A stretch of DNA of 64,000 bases from a virus: positions 13,477 to 77,476 of the IMG/VR virus record IMGVR_UViG_3300034200_001454; one strand, written 5' to 3'. Numbering within the stretch: the stretch's first letter is position 1; the number at the start of each line of letters is the position of its first letter. The notes beneath the pieces were generated by a model that was given only the letters and a program-made list of their open reading frames with translations, did not search any database and was not told the DNA's origin. Below are positions 48,458 through 57,338 of this stretch, in pieces. Position numbers and translations under genes: made by a program.

Positions 48458-49252
48458 TTATTGAAGGAGTTGTTTCAAGAAAAACTCCTTAGATATTGGT
48501 TTCGTCCCGATAAACATTTGTTTGCTACGAAAATTTGTACTGGTAATAAGAAAAAGTTTTGGCTCTCCAAAATCTAGGTAAACTTTCTTTTTGGCGCTTA
48601 GCCATGTTTTGCACGGCCATTTCCAATGAAAGTGCATCGAGTGCTGCTGCCTTTGACGAATCCATGCTTCGTATGCATCTTGCTTCTTTTTCACTTGATA
48701 ATGATTTCTCCATTTTTCCATTGCTGCTTCATATGCCCGACTTGCTGCTTCGGGATCCTCCAGCAGTTCTATTAGCCCGCCAAATTTAGACCGACACGGC
48801 GGATCAGGTGGGAACAATTGCCATTCTGGCTTTTTCTTTTCATGCATGTATTCATGCCGCCACTCCATTGGGATTATCGGAAAAAGATTGTCCTTGAATT
48901 TTTCCGCATTAACTATCCAAAGCATTCGCCCATAAAATTCTTCCCTCTTGTGAATTACTCCAGAGCTTAAAGACGAGTTTTGAAGCTCAATGACGCCACT
49001 GGGAGTTTTAACATCGGCACGGTGGTTGCCAATAGTCACTTCTTGCCATGCTGCTGGAAACTGTTGCTTCCATCGAATATGCCATTCGGATTCAGGCTCA
49101 TACCAAGGATCGCAATCGCATTTTTTGTGAGCCCAATGCCAAGAAACAATCTCTCCGCATTTTGCAATAACCTCGCCACCGCAAGTGGGGCAAACGCCTT
49201 TTGCAGAGGGTTTGGCAAGTTCTTTTTGTCCGTCGATAGAAGCCCAAAGCAT
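48458..49252 (-). CDS. CoiA-like PD-(D/E)XK nuclease
   Basis: CPTCGGEVIAKCG...WHWAH...ESEWH...HRADV...IELQNS..REEFY. Confidence 0.8.
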   Translation of the reverse strand: MLWASIDGQKELAKPSAKGVCPTCGGEVIAKCGEIVSWHWAHKKCDCDPWYEPESEWHIRWKQQFPAAWQEVTIGNHRADVKTPSGVIELQNSSLSSGVIHKREEFYGRMLWIVNAEKFKDNLFPIIPMEWRHEYMHEKKKPEWQLFPPDPPCRSKFGGLIELLEDPEAASRAYEAAMEKWRNHYQVKKKQDAYEAWIRQRQQHSMHFHWKWPCKTWLSAKKKVYLDFGEPKLFLITSTNFRSKQMFIGTKPISKEFFLKQLLQ

Positions 49253-50050
49253 TGTCTTTTCTCCTATTTGGACGCGCGTTTTCCGTTGAACTGGCGCCGC
49301 TCAATAGCTTTGCGTGTGCGCTCAGTGTCCTTGTCTTTGCCGTAGAGCCAGGCGTCCATGCTTTGCCCAGGCTTGGGTCCGTTGGGAGGCAGCTTAATCA
49401 CTTTGAAATTGGAAGTGTCCATGATTATCAAAAGGCTTGACGAGGTGTGCGTAGCAGGCGCGGATCGCTGTGTTTGTTGTACTTGTGGTGCACTACCCAT
49501 TCCTGCATTGCGAAAGAATCAGTTTCATGCTTCATGAACCATTCCTGTAGCCATTGGCGATCATGGCCGTTTGCTGCGAGCCATTCGTCAGTAAATGCCG
49601 GATTGGCTGCTCCTAAGTCCTGCGATGAATCGGAGAAGAGCGGGTGTCCCATAGAGAGGATGGAGAACAAGGTCATACTGGAGCCGAACGCGGCATCTCG
49701 GGGAAAGCATTGTGCCAGTAAGAAAAGCTGCCCAACCCCGTATTGACTTTTGCCAAAATCCCTTTACCCTAAAGCCAGACAAGCCTTGCTTCACCAGCAA
49801 GAGCTTCACCGTTGCCTCACTACGCTCAGGCATGGCCACCAGCCAGAGCGGAGCCCCCCACGGGCGGAGCGTTCAGTCCAGCGGGCCAAGATTCCCTACA
49901 AAGAACAAAAGCCTGCACAAGACCAAACACTCCTGCAATGCCGCTCTAGCCAGAGTGGAGCCCCCACGGGCGAAACGTTCAAGACACAAGGCAATAAAGC
50001 CTTCATTGAACAAACAAGCTATTAGCATTCTCAAGGAATTTTCCTGAACA

Positions 50051-50290
50051 ATGCTTAACGCTCCACGAGTAGTTGATCACTTGCCTCTGCTTGAACATAA
50101 CGGCACTGAAATTTTGCCTATTGTTCACTATGGTTTTTCTTCTCCCAAGAAAGGGCCGCAACCAGCGGCCCGTACGCTTTACGGAGCACGTGATAACAAT
50201 GGAGAGCGCCATTGGCGCTCTAGCCTGCATGAAATTGAAAAGCTAATTGATAGCGGCTTTACCATTGAACAGGAGGAGAACGATGCCTGA
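50051..50290 (+). CDS. Hypothetical protein
   Basis: 79 aa ORF after long structured leader. Confidence 0.6.
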   Translation: MLNAPRVVDHLPLLEHNGTEILPIVHYGFSSPKKGPQPAARTLYGARDNNGERHWRSSLHEIEKLIDSGFTIEQEENDA

Positions 50291-50513
50291 GACAATCAAG
50301 AACGAATATTGCGACAGTCCTAAATCTTGCATGGCCGTAGCTTATCGTCGTGAAACTGGTGATGAGCTATTACAAGCAGGATTGGATGCTGCCTATGCGG
50401 AAATTATTAGCTCCTTCCATGGAGAAATGGAGGAGTTTGTAAGGAAGTATTGCCCTAAACGCTTGGTAGAGCTAGATGCCTTGATGGATCAAGCCTTTTG
50501 GCAGTATCATTGA
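50283..50513 (+). CDS. Hypothetical protein
   Basis: SD AGGAG; followed by hairpin GGGGCGC..GCGCCCC-TTTT. Confidence 0.6.
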   Translation: MPETIKNEYCDSPKSCMAVAYRRETGDELLQAGLDAAYAEIISSFHGEMEEFVRKYCPKRLVELDALMDQAFWQYH

Positions 50514-50743
50514 TTTTCTAGAACGGGGCGCTTGGTGCGCCCCTTTTACTATGACCATTTTTCCTGCATCGTCAGAAGAAGAGCTTTCGCAAGAAGAATG
50601 GCAAGAGCTATGTAGCTTGAAAAAAGCAATTGATGGTTATCCAGCAAGCATGGCCACTGCTCAAATGGAGCGTTTTACTGAACTATTTGTTCGTTCCCTC
50701 CATGGAAAAGGAGATACAATTCATTAGAGAATAGCGCGACGTA

Positions 50744-51496
50744 ATGGCTAAGCCTGAGATTGATTTCGAGAGCCCAGAACAGGAGCTTCAATACGCTGCT
50801 AATGCATTGAAGAAAGCCGGCATCAGTCTTACGCAATTTGAAGCAGTGCGCGATACAAAAGTGAATGGCGGCACTGGCGCTGCCGGCTATAGCAAAGAAA
50901 TGCTTGGTCTTAGGCGATGGATGGTACAAGAGCTTCTTGCTGCCAGAATGAGCAATCGCCAAATTGCAAATGTTTTAAAGCTAAGCAAGGAAACAGTTAA
51001 TGGAGACCGGCATTTCAATAGGCAGTTATATACAGAAGAAATCCTGAAAAACCAAGACGTGCATCGTGCACGTCTTCTAAAAGAGCAGATGGATCTCAAG
51101 GACCTAGCGCTTAATAGCTTTGAAAACAGCAAGAAGAAACGCACTGTCACCATCATGGAAGGCGATGGTGAAGGCAGCAAGGAGATGGTCAAAATCGAAG
51201 AAAGTGCTGGCGATCCATCGTTCCTCAATGTGGCCAAGAACAGCTTGGTGGAACAGGCGAAGCTGCTTGGCCTTAACGAGCACAAGCCTGTAGAGCAGCA
51301 GGACACGTCCTACCGCAAATTCCTACAAGATCTTTCTTCCACCATTGCAAAGGAGAAAGAAGCGAAGGCTACTGAAGAACGCCGCGAAAATTCTCTGCCT
51401 GCATCGGCCTCGCCAGTATCGTTTGAGACCGAGCCTGAGAAAGAGGAATGGCCGGAGACCATCCCTTTACAAACAATTAATGAGAACGACTATTGA
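50744..51496 (+). CDS. HTH protein, probable terminase small subunit
   Basis: MSNRQIANVLKLSKETVNGD HTH; GDPSFL...QAKLLGL. Confidence 0.5.
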   Translation: MAKPEIDFESPEQELQYAANALKKAGISLTQFEAVRDTKVNGGTGAAGYSKEMLGLRRWMVQELLAARMSNRQIANVLKLSKETVNGDRHFNRQLYTEEILKNQDVHRARLLKEQMDLKDLALNSFENSKKKRTVTIMEGDGEGSKEMVKIEESAGDPSFLNVAKNSLVEQAKLLGLNEHKPVEQQDTSYRKFLQDLSSTIAKEKEAKATEERRENSLPASASPVSFETEPEKEEWPETIPLQTINENDY

Positions 51497-51521
51497 CAAA
51501 GGCCGCTAGCGTGAGCACACT
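51493..51521 (+). promoter_or_regulatory. sigma70-type promoter
   Basis: TTGACA-17-CACACT. Confidence 0.55.
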
Positions 51522-51541
51522 GTCATTGTTGCTCCCTTCCA

Positions 51542-51976
51542 TTGTCCTCAGATTTTACTTTTTCCACTGCTGAAGCATTTCTGCGTGAAGCTGCTGCAGC
51601 AAAGCAGGGCAAGCGTGAAGCCATTTCTGCTTCCATTGCCCCCCACCTTAGCGATCATGCCACTGTAGGCGTGCCTCCCAAGCTCCACACTGCCATTGAA
51701 AGCTTCCTAGAGCACTATGGAGATGAGACCTATCGGCAGGTGGCGCTGTACTGCCTAGGGAAGTGGTTTGAAGCCCATACGGACGCAGCGGAAGATTTGT
51801 TTGGCATTGGTCAAATGCCAGAAGCAGTGGCGTGCATGATGGATGCCACTCGCATTTCAGACAGTCTCCATCTCATTTGTGAAGTGGGAAGCTTAGGCGG
51901 TGATAAGGATTGGAAAATTATGCTAGAGAAAGAACTCTCTCAAGCCATTCTTGAACACATCGAGGAAGACTTATGA
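51542..51976 (+). CDS. Hypothetical protein
   Basis: 144 aa ORF. Confidence 0.65.
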   Translation: MSSDFTFSTAEAFLREAAAAKQGKREAISASIAPHLSDHATVGVPPKLHTAIESFLEHYGDETYRQVALYCLGKWFEAHTDAAEDLFGIGQMPEAVACMMDATRISDSLHLICEVGSLGGDKDWKIMLEKELSQAILEHIEEDL

Positions 51977-52301
51977 CTCCTTGTCGTACTTTCAAAATCA
52001 CCACTTCTGAAGGCAAAACTATTGCTTTAGGCGCCATTTCTCCTAAGCAGGCTGAACATTTTATGCTTGCAATGCGTCCTGACATTAAGATTGCCATGAT
52101 TGAAGAAATCAAGCCTCTTCCCGAACAATGAACGATTTCATCGGCATTATTTGCAGCAGCGACTGGGGAACAATGTGGCTAGGCCCACTTTCAATTAGCT
52201 GGCAAAACAGCATGGGCTCTCAAGCATTGCTTCCTCGTCGCACATGGGGCAATACGCTTGTTATCTTCAAAAACCGTGAATTCCTTTTCCATTGATTCTT
52301 C

Positions 52302-52742
52302 ATGGACACCCATCAGCCTTCCTTCATTGTTGAAGGCACACCACTGGCGCCCACGGTTCATATTGTGCTTCCTCCTGAGCTTCAAGAAGATGCCAAAGCT
52401 TTAGCAGCAGAAAACATCCATCCTGCATGGAACAAAGCTCAGCGTCGTGGACGCCATTTCGTTATCACCACCAATTCGTTAGACGATCTTTCTGAGCTAG
52501 CGGACTATGCGCGAGTGGGCATTGAAGAGCCAGAGCCTGGCCTTTCCAAGCGAAAGCGCCAAGCCTTGCAAATCCTCTTGGATCGCACCAACAGGCACGT
52601 CGTACTAGAGCCCATGGGCGCATGCCACTGCATTGCCACCAAATGGCGGGACAGGCCCCTGCCAAGCCACAAGGCGGCTTATCGCACCACGTTGGAACTG
52701 AGGGAAAGGGCAGGCTCTGTTAAGCATTGTTACAACGCTTGA
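52302..52742 (+). CDS. Hypothetical protein
   Basis: 146 aa ORF. Confidence 0.6.
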   Translation: MDTHQPSFIVEGTPLAPTVHIVLPPELQEDAKALAAENIHPAWNKAQRRGRHFVITTNSLDDLSELADYARVGIEEPEPGLSKRKRQALQILLDRTNRHVVLEPMGACHCIATKWRDRPLPSHKAAYRTTLELRERAGSVKHCYNA

Positions 52743-52767
52743 CCTGGCCTGCTGAAGGCGGCATACT
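52719..52767 (+). promoter_or_regulatory. Promoter with HLR1-like box
   Basis: GTTAAGCA-TT-GTTACAAC, then TTGACC-17-CATACT. Confidence 0.6.
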
Positions 52768-52813
52768 ACTGGGCATGCGGGCGAGAGCTTGCATGCCCTT
52801 TCTCTTTAAAGCA

Positions 52814-53143
52814 ATGACAGCAAGGTTTTATCATTGGGGAGAGAAGCTTTCAGCTTTCACTTCTGACAATCGCTTGGTGATGAGCTTTGGCTCTCCCATT
52901 GCCAGCGTGCCTATCACAGTGAAGGAGCTTCAAGATTTTGTTTGCACATTAGAGCAGGCAATTGACGATGAGCCAAATGTTAAGCAGCGCATTGCACTCG
53001 GTTCTATCAAGCACATTTTTCAAGCCTCTCTAAAGCAAGCACAAAAGGATCATGAACAGATTGTCGAAGAAGCTCCTACTGGCGCAGATCTGGAAGAATA
53101 TATGCTTTCTTACTCGCGTGCCATCAAAGAAGGAGCTTTCTGA
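52814..53143 (+). CDS. Hypothetical protein
   Basis: ATG after promoter and hairpin. Confidence 0.6.
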   Translation: MTARFYHWGEKLSAFTSDNRLVMSFGSPIASVPITVKELQDFVCTLEQAIDDEPNVKQRIALGSIKHIFQASLKQAQKDHEQIVEEAPTGADLEEYMLSYSRAIKEGAF

Positions 53144-53513
53144 CTATGGTCTTCTTTACTGACGGCGATTACGACAACGACCCCGAGCTTGACTGGGAAC
53201 GTCCTCAACGCTTGAACAGACAGTTAAGCCTTCAGCAATTGGAGAGTCGTTTAGAACTATGGAAACAAAAGCATGAGGATATGTGCCTTAAGCTTTATCG
53301 TGCTGCCACTGGCATTTGATTATGAGTCAATTTACTAAGCTTCAGGAAATGCTAGGAGAGGCTCTTGAAAAAGAGCCAAGCAGCGCAGAAGTGGTGGAAG
53401 TGATTGACACAATGGCAGAATGGTTTGAACTATTGCTGGAAGATATGGGCATTGAGCCAGCTTCCATTCCATCGCTTCTCCGCTGGCAATATTTGCATAG
53501 CGAAAGCAATTGA

Positions 53514-53714
53514 TCAAAAGGCTCCCGATGGAGCCTTTTCTTTTGCCCAAGTATGATCTCCAGGGATAGGCTCCATCCCCACAGACCACGTATCAAAATC
53601 ATCTTCGTTGCGAGGATCATAAACTTCCTCACTCGGTGGAATATACACTTCTCCCCTACTAAGCCATCGTGCAAGACGCTCACGTTCCTGCTCAGAAGAC
53701 AATTTCCTTTCCAT
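53514..53714 (-). CDS. Hypothetical protein
   Basis: 66 aa ORF. Confidence 0.45.
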   Translation of the reverse strand: MERKLSSEQERERLARWLSRGEVYIPPSEEVYDPRNEDDFDTWSVGMEPIPGDHTWAKEKAPSGAF

Positions 53715-53749
53715 GGAAAACCAACTAATCTTCTATAGCTTATCTAGAC

Positions 53750-53967
53750 AAAAGAAAAGGGGGCCAAAGCCCCCGTCTCTTTACAGTCTCCGATACTTGA
53801 AAACAACTAGGGGAAAACTCCTCGCCTAGAAGGGCGGCGTGCCTCTCAGGAGAATGACTAGCTCCTTGGCGAAGCCATACAGCATCACCCACGCCACCGT
53901 CAAGTGTTCACCCTCACGGCCCGCCTTACGACAGGAGCAGCAATTAAGCCTCTAGAACCGACTGCTC
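53750..53967 (-). ncRNA. Putative ~215 nt structured ncRNA
   Basis: Extended -10 (TGt-TACAGT) upstream, multiple nested stems, intrinsic terminator GGGGGC-TTTG-GCCCCC-TTTTCTTT, no ORF in track. Confidence 0.65.
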
Positions 53968-54077
53968 ACAAACTGTAACACATGCTGCTGCTCACGACGG
54001 CATGCTTGACAGGCATGGCACAATGGTAAGACCGTTGTCCGCGAGGGCGATGGGCCTCTCTAGCTCTTTTCACCATC

Positions 54078-54437
54078 TTGATGCTTTCACGATTTCTTCT
54101 TTCTCTGCTCCTTCTGGCTCCTACCATTCCTGCCCATGCCGCGTCAAGGCAATGCGGCGAAGCCTCGCATTATGGCATGGGAGATGGCTACCACGGCCAA
54201 CGCACTGCTAGTGGCGTCAGGTTTGATGCTTACGGTTCCATTGCTGCTCATCCATGGCTTCCATTCGGCACACGCCTTCTCGTGACAAACCGTGACAATG
54301 GAAGGCAGACAGTGGTGACGGTCAATGATCGCGGCCCATACTACGGCGGGCGCATTCTTGATTTGTCCTACGGCAGCTTTTCAAGACTTGCTTCGCCCGG
54401 GCAGGGCACTGCTCGCATTTGCTTCTCTCGCTTGTGA
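54078..54437 (+). CDS. rlpA: RlpA-like (DPBB) lytic transglycosylase with signal peptide
   Basis: GEASHYG..YHGQRTASG..AAHPWLPFGT..VTVNDRGPY..RILDLS. Confidence 0.88.
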   Translation: MMLSRFLLSLLLLAPTIPAHAASRQCGEASHYGMGDGYHGQRTASGVRFDAYGSIAAHPWLPFGTRLLVTNRDNGRQTVVTVNDRGPYYGGRILDLSYGSFSRLASPGQGTARICFSRL

Positions 54438-54614
54438 TGACCATGCTTCGTAACGTGGCTTCTTTCGCGCTGTTTTCCTGCGCTTTTGGCATTGGTGTTT
54501 TTGCCATTGTCGCGGCTCCTCAGGTAATGCCAAACCAAGCGGGCTTAACAGAATGCCTGAAGCTCCATCCAGAACGCTACTGCCGCATTGCTAACGGCTT
54601 CCACGTGGATCCTC

Positions 54615-54643
54615 TTGACAACGCAGTTCAGTAGCTCTATTGT
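54615..54643 (+). promoter_or_regulatory. sigma70-type promoter
   Basis: TTGACA-17-TATTGT. Confidence 0.75.
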
Positions 54644-54707
54644 CCCCATGGAAGCAAAAGGGCTCCAAAAGGAGCCTTTCCTTCCTTTACCAGCGATGGT
54701 TCCTCCA

Positions 54708-54947
54708 ATGACTCAAACGCCTTTTCTCACGCGCTCTCAACGTGCTATTGCCCGCATGGTCAAAAATGCAGGCTATGAACTGACAAACTATTCTCAGAAT
54801 GATCGTCTTGCTGCTCGCACTAAGCTTTTGGCCGTTGTTTCTAAAGCGCCTGATCATGCCCCAGCAAGCAAACCATACAAGCGCACAAAAGCTTATTTCC
54901 GCACGCTAGCTGACAGCATGGAAGATCACGTCTGGCGCTATTTGTAA
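54708..54947 (+). CDS. Hypothetical protein
   Basis: ORF after promoter. Confidence 0.55.
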   Translation: MTQTPFLTRSQRAIARMVKNAGYELTNYSQNDRLAARTKLLAVVSKAPDHAPASKPYKRTKAYFRTLADSMEDHVWRYL

Positions 54948-55138
54948 TGGCATTAAAGGACAATAGACGCGCATTGCTCGATCTTGTTAAAAAGCATGGT
55001 TTTATTCTTCATCGCAAGAATAAACACTATGTGTTTAAGCATTCTTCTGGCAAGACTCTTGTTTGCAGCACAAGCTGCACTGATTGGCGTGCGTTGAAGA
55101 ATGTAGAGCGTGACATTAAGCGTCTGTTGTCCTCATGA
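54947..55138 (+). CDS. HicA-like small protein
   Basis: LVKKHGFILHRKNKHYVFKHSSG...SCTDWRALKN. Confidence 0.6.
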   Translation: MALKDNRRALLDLVKKHGFILHRKNKHYVFKHSSGKTLVCSTSCTDWRALKNVERDIKRLLSS

Positions 55139-55338
55139 AATTCTCCGTTGGCACCATTGTCGATTTGTATGACTTTGGCTTTAAACAATGGAGAGGAGAA
55201 TACATTATTACAAAAGTTATTCCTGAAACTGGCTTATACAAAATCAAGAATACAAAAACAAATAGCCAGCAATTCGTCAAGGAAAAAGCCTTGCGAATAG
55301 GGCGTCTCAAGCCTTTCCGCATTGAAAGCCTTCAGTGA
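55135..55338 (+). CDS. Hypothetical protein (SH3-like)
   Basis: Coupled ORF, MKFSVGTIV. Confidence 0.55.
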   Translation: MKFSVGTIVDLYDFGFKQWRGEYIITKVIPETGLYKIKNTKTNSQQFVKEKALRIGRLKPFRIESLQ

Positions 55339-55340
55339 AT

Positions 55341-55389
55341 GTTACAAAATGCAACAACGGGGCCGCCAGGCCCCTTTCTCATATATTGT
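55341..55389 (+). promoter_or_regulatory. Promoter module: HLR1-like box, GC hairpin, TATTGT
   Basis: GTTACAAA-AT-GCAACAAC; GGGGCC..GGCCCC-TTTCT; -10 at 55384. Confidence 0.65.
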
Positions 55390-55414
55390 TGTTTTGTTCG
55401 CGCCTCTCGCAACC

Positions 55415-55672
55415 ATGACCACCATCCCTACTCTCCATCTCAACGGCACTTCTAAAACTGATCTCAGAGATGAATATGCTGCCGCCTACGATGCTCTCAC
55501 CAAGGCCCTAGAGGCTTTTGCTTCTACCACTTGCAACGGACGAGATTTCTATCCGCAAGGCCCTGATGCTTACTACCAAGCTCGTGATGAGCGCTCAGAA
55601 GCTTTTGGCCACATTGAAGCAGCAAGGAAGTACGTGGGTGAAGTGCTGATGGGCATCTGCGATCAAATGTAA
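55415..55672 (+). CDS. Hypothetical early protein
   Basis: PTLHLNGTS...NGRDFYPQG. Confidence 0.7.
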   Translation: MTTIPTLHLNGTSKTDLRDEYAAAYDALTKALEAFASTTCNGRDFYPQGPDAYYQARDERSEAFGHIEAARKYVGEVLMGICDQM

Positions 55673-55717
55673 AGCTTTGTAACAGTCCCCGTTTAGGGGG
55701 CCTTTCTCCTGTATTGT
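55666..55717 (+). promoter_or_regulatory. Promoter module: perfect HLR1 box (reverse), GC hairpin, TATTGT
   Basis: Reverse complement GTTACAAA-GC-TTTACATT; -10 at 55712. Confidence 0.75.
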
Positions 55718-55749
55718 TCTCTAGTCGTCAGGCAGCGATGCCTCCTCTC

Positions 55750-56028
55750 ATGGACAAAACCACTCTCATCAAACAGTTCATCTTCAATGCTGGCAGCAGC
55801 ATTGTCAGCGTGCAATTCATTAAGGCTGATGGCTCCGTTCGCAGTCTTCAGTTCAATCCTCGCGACAGCAAGGAAATTAAAGGCACCGGCACTGCCATCA
55901 AAAAGCCTTCTATTGTCCGTTGCCGCGATTTCTCCATTGCTCGTAGCGCAGGTGAAGGCGCCTGGCGCTCCTTTGATTGCGAGCGCGTGATCAGTGTTAA
56001 AGCAAACGGCCAATCCATTTCCTTCTGA
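55750..56028 (+). CDS. Hypothetical early protein (WYL/SH3-like)
   Basis: SVQFIKADGSVR...WRSF. Confidence 0.65.
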   Translation: MDKTTLIKQFIFNAGSSIVSVQFIKADGSVRSLQFNPRDSKEIKGTGTAIKKPSIVRCRDFSIARSAGEGAWRSFDCERVISVKANGQSISF

Positions 56029-56031
56029 ACA

Positions 56032-56268
56032 ATGTTTCACAAAGTAATTGAAGGCTGGAGAACCAGCCCTTACCTGGCCAAGCTTGAAGCAGATCGCCAA
56101 GCGCAACACTCCGGCTATGGCGTCAGACAATTCCTCTGCGCTGATGGCTCCCAGAAATGGGAAGCTTACGGCTGGGAACGCATCACTGATCTGCAGCTTC
56201 ACGATACTTCTTATGGCATCTTTGACCATAAATGGCAAGCTGAACAGTATTTCAACAACATCCTCTGA
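56032..56268 (+). CDS. Hypothetical protein
   Basis: 78 aa ORF. Confidence 0.6.
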   Translation: MFHKVIEGWRTSPYLAKLEADRQAQHSGYGVRQFLCADGSQKWEAYGWERITDLQLHDTSYGIFDHKWQAEQYFNNIL

Positions 56269-56270
56269 TC

Positions 56271-56645
56271 ATGCCTTTCTTCATTGCAACTGCCCTGCCC
56301 GAACTGCCTCCCATGGTTCAGCAAGAGCCAGCAAAGAATCGCCAGCAAGAAATCCTAGAGAAAATCATGCAGCAAGCTCCTGCTGCTGCTGAGCGCTCCT
56401 TTGGCGACTGCACGTACCAATGGGGACAATGGAAGCTAGCGAGTGATGGCGTGCGCACTACGATACGCTCCTGCAAAGGAGAATCCGCCCAAACTCCTTC
56501 CTACATCGCCGTGAGCTGCCCGCTCCTGCAGGTGAACACCACGGAAGCTGGTAAATGGAATGGCTGGCGTAGTCCCATTGCTAAAAGCGCAAAACCAGGC
56601 GAAGCCATGATGGTGGCCACGCTCTGCGCCAACGTCACGCAATAG
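56271..56645 (+). CDS. Hypothetical protein
   Basis: 124 aa ORF. Confidence 0.6.
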   Translation: MPFFIATALPELPPMVQQEPAKNRQQEILEKIMQQAPAAAERSFGDCTYQWGQWKLASDGVRTTIRSCKGESAQTPSYIAVSCPLLQVNTTEAGKWNGWRSPIAKSAKPGEAMMVATLCANVTQ

Positions 56646-56648
56646 GGC

Positions 56649-56699
56649 TTTGTAAAGCTTTGTAACAAGGGGGCTTCTGGCCCCTTTCTGCTGTATTGT
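56649..56699 (+). promoter_or_regulatory. Promoter module: perfect HLR1 box (reverse), GC hairpin, TATTGT
   Basis: Reverse complement GTTACAAA-GC-TTTACAAA; -10 at 56694. Confidence 0.75.
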
Positions 56700-56763
56700 T
56701 CCTTTGTTCTGAGGCGCGAGCCTCTCCTCAACGACCCTGACTTTTGCATTATTGAGCTGAATC

Positions 56764-57105
56764 ATGATGAATCAAGAAATCAAACAACGCTGGATACAGG
56801 CTCTTCGCTCTGGGGAATACCAACAGGGTAGGGAAAATCTTTTCCATTGCGGTAAATTCTGTTGTTTAGGCGTGCTCACTGATCTCTACATCAAAGAGCA
56901 TGGTCTTCAATGGAAGCAAGATTCTGGCGATCTGTGGAGCTTTGAAGAAGAAGGAGGAACTCTCCCCCGATCAGTGCAAGACTGGTCTGGCATCTTAGAG
57001 CCCAATCCTATGATTCTTGATGATTTTGCTACAGCTCATAATGATCGATACGCAGAAGATTTTACCACCATTGCTGATTACATTGAAAAAGACAAAGGAC
57101 TTTGA
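56764..57105 (+). CDS. Conserved phage hypothetical protein
   Basis: KQRWIQALRSGEYQQG..FCCLGVL..ND...FTTIADYIE. Confidence 0.75.
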   Translation: MMNQEIKQRWIQALRSGEYQQGRENLFHCGKFCCLGVLTDLYIKEHGLQWKQDSGDLWSFEEEGGTLPRSVQDWSGILEPNPMILDDFATAHNDRYAEDFTTIADYIEKDKGL

Positions 57106-57107
57106 TC

Positions 57108-57335
57108 ATGCCTTATTCTCTCATTGTTGATGATGAATGGGGCGTTCCATACGCCCTAAAGACTTTTGAAACCATTCAAGACGTGCATGATGAAATTAGG
57201 ACGATGGACGAAGAATTAGACAATGTAGGCCCAGGAGCTGCTTATGCCATTCGCTGCATTATTGACCAGCTCAAAGAAATTGTCCACGAGGCTGAAGAAG
57301 AGCCTGAAACCATTCCTGATCGCCCTGCTTTTTGA
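57108..57335 (+). CDS. Acidic hypothetical protein
   Basis: ORF in operon. Confidence 0.55.
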   Translation: MPYSLIVDDEWGVPYALKTFETIQDVHDEIRTMDEELDNVGPGAAYAIRCIIDQLKEIVHEAEEEPETIPDRPAF

Positions 57336-57338
57336 ACA

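Noticed and set aside
55668-55684. NtcA box at TGTAAAGCTTTGTAACA
   Set aside because: Reads GTA-N8-TAA; the perfect HLR1 direct repeat explains it better
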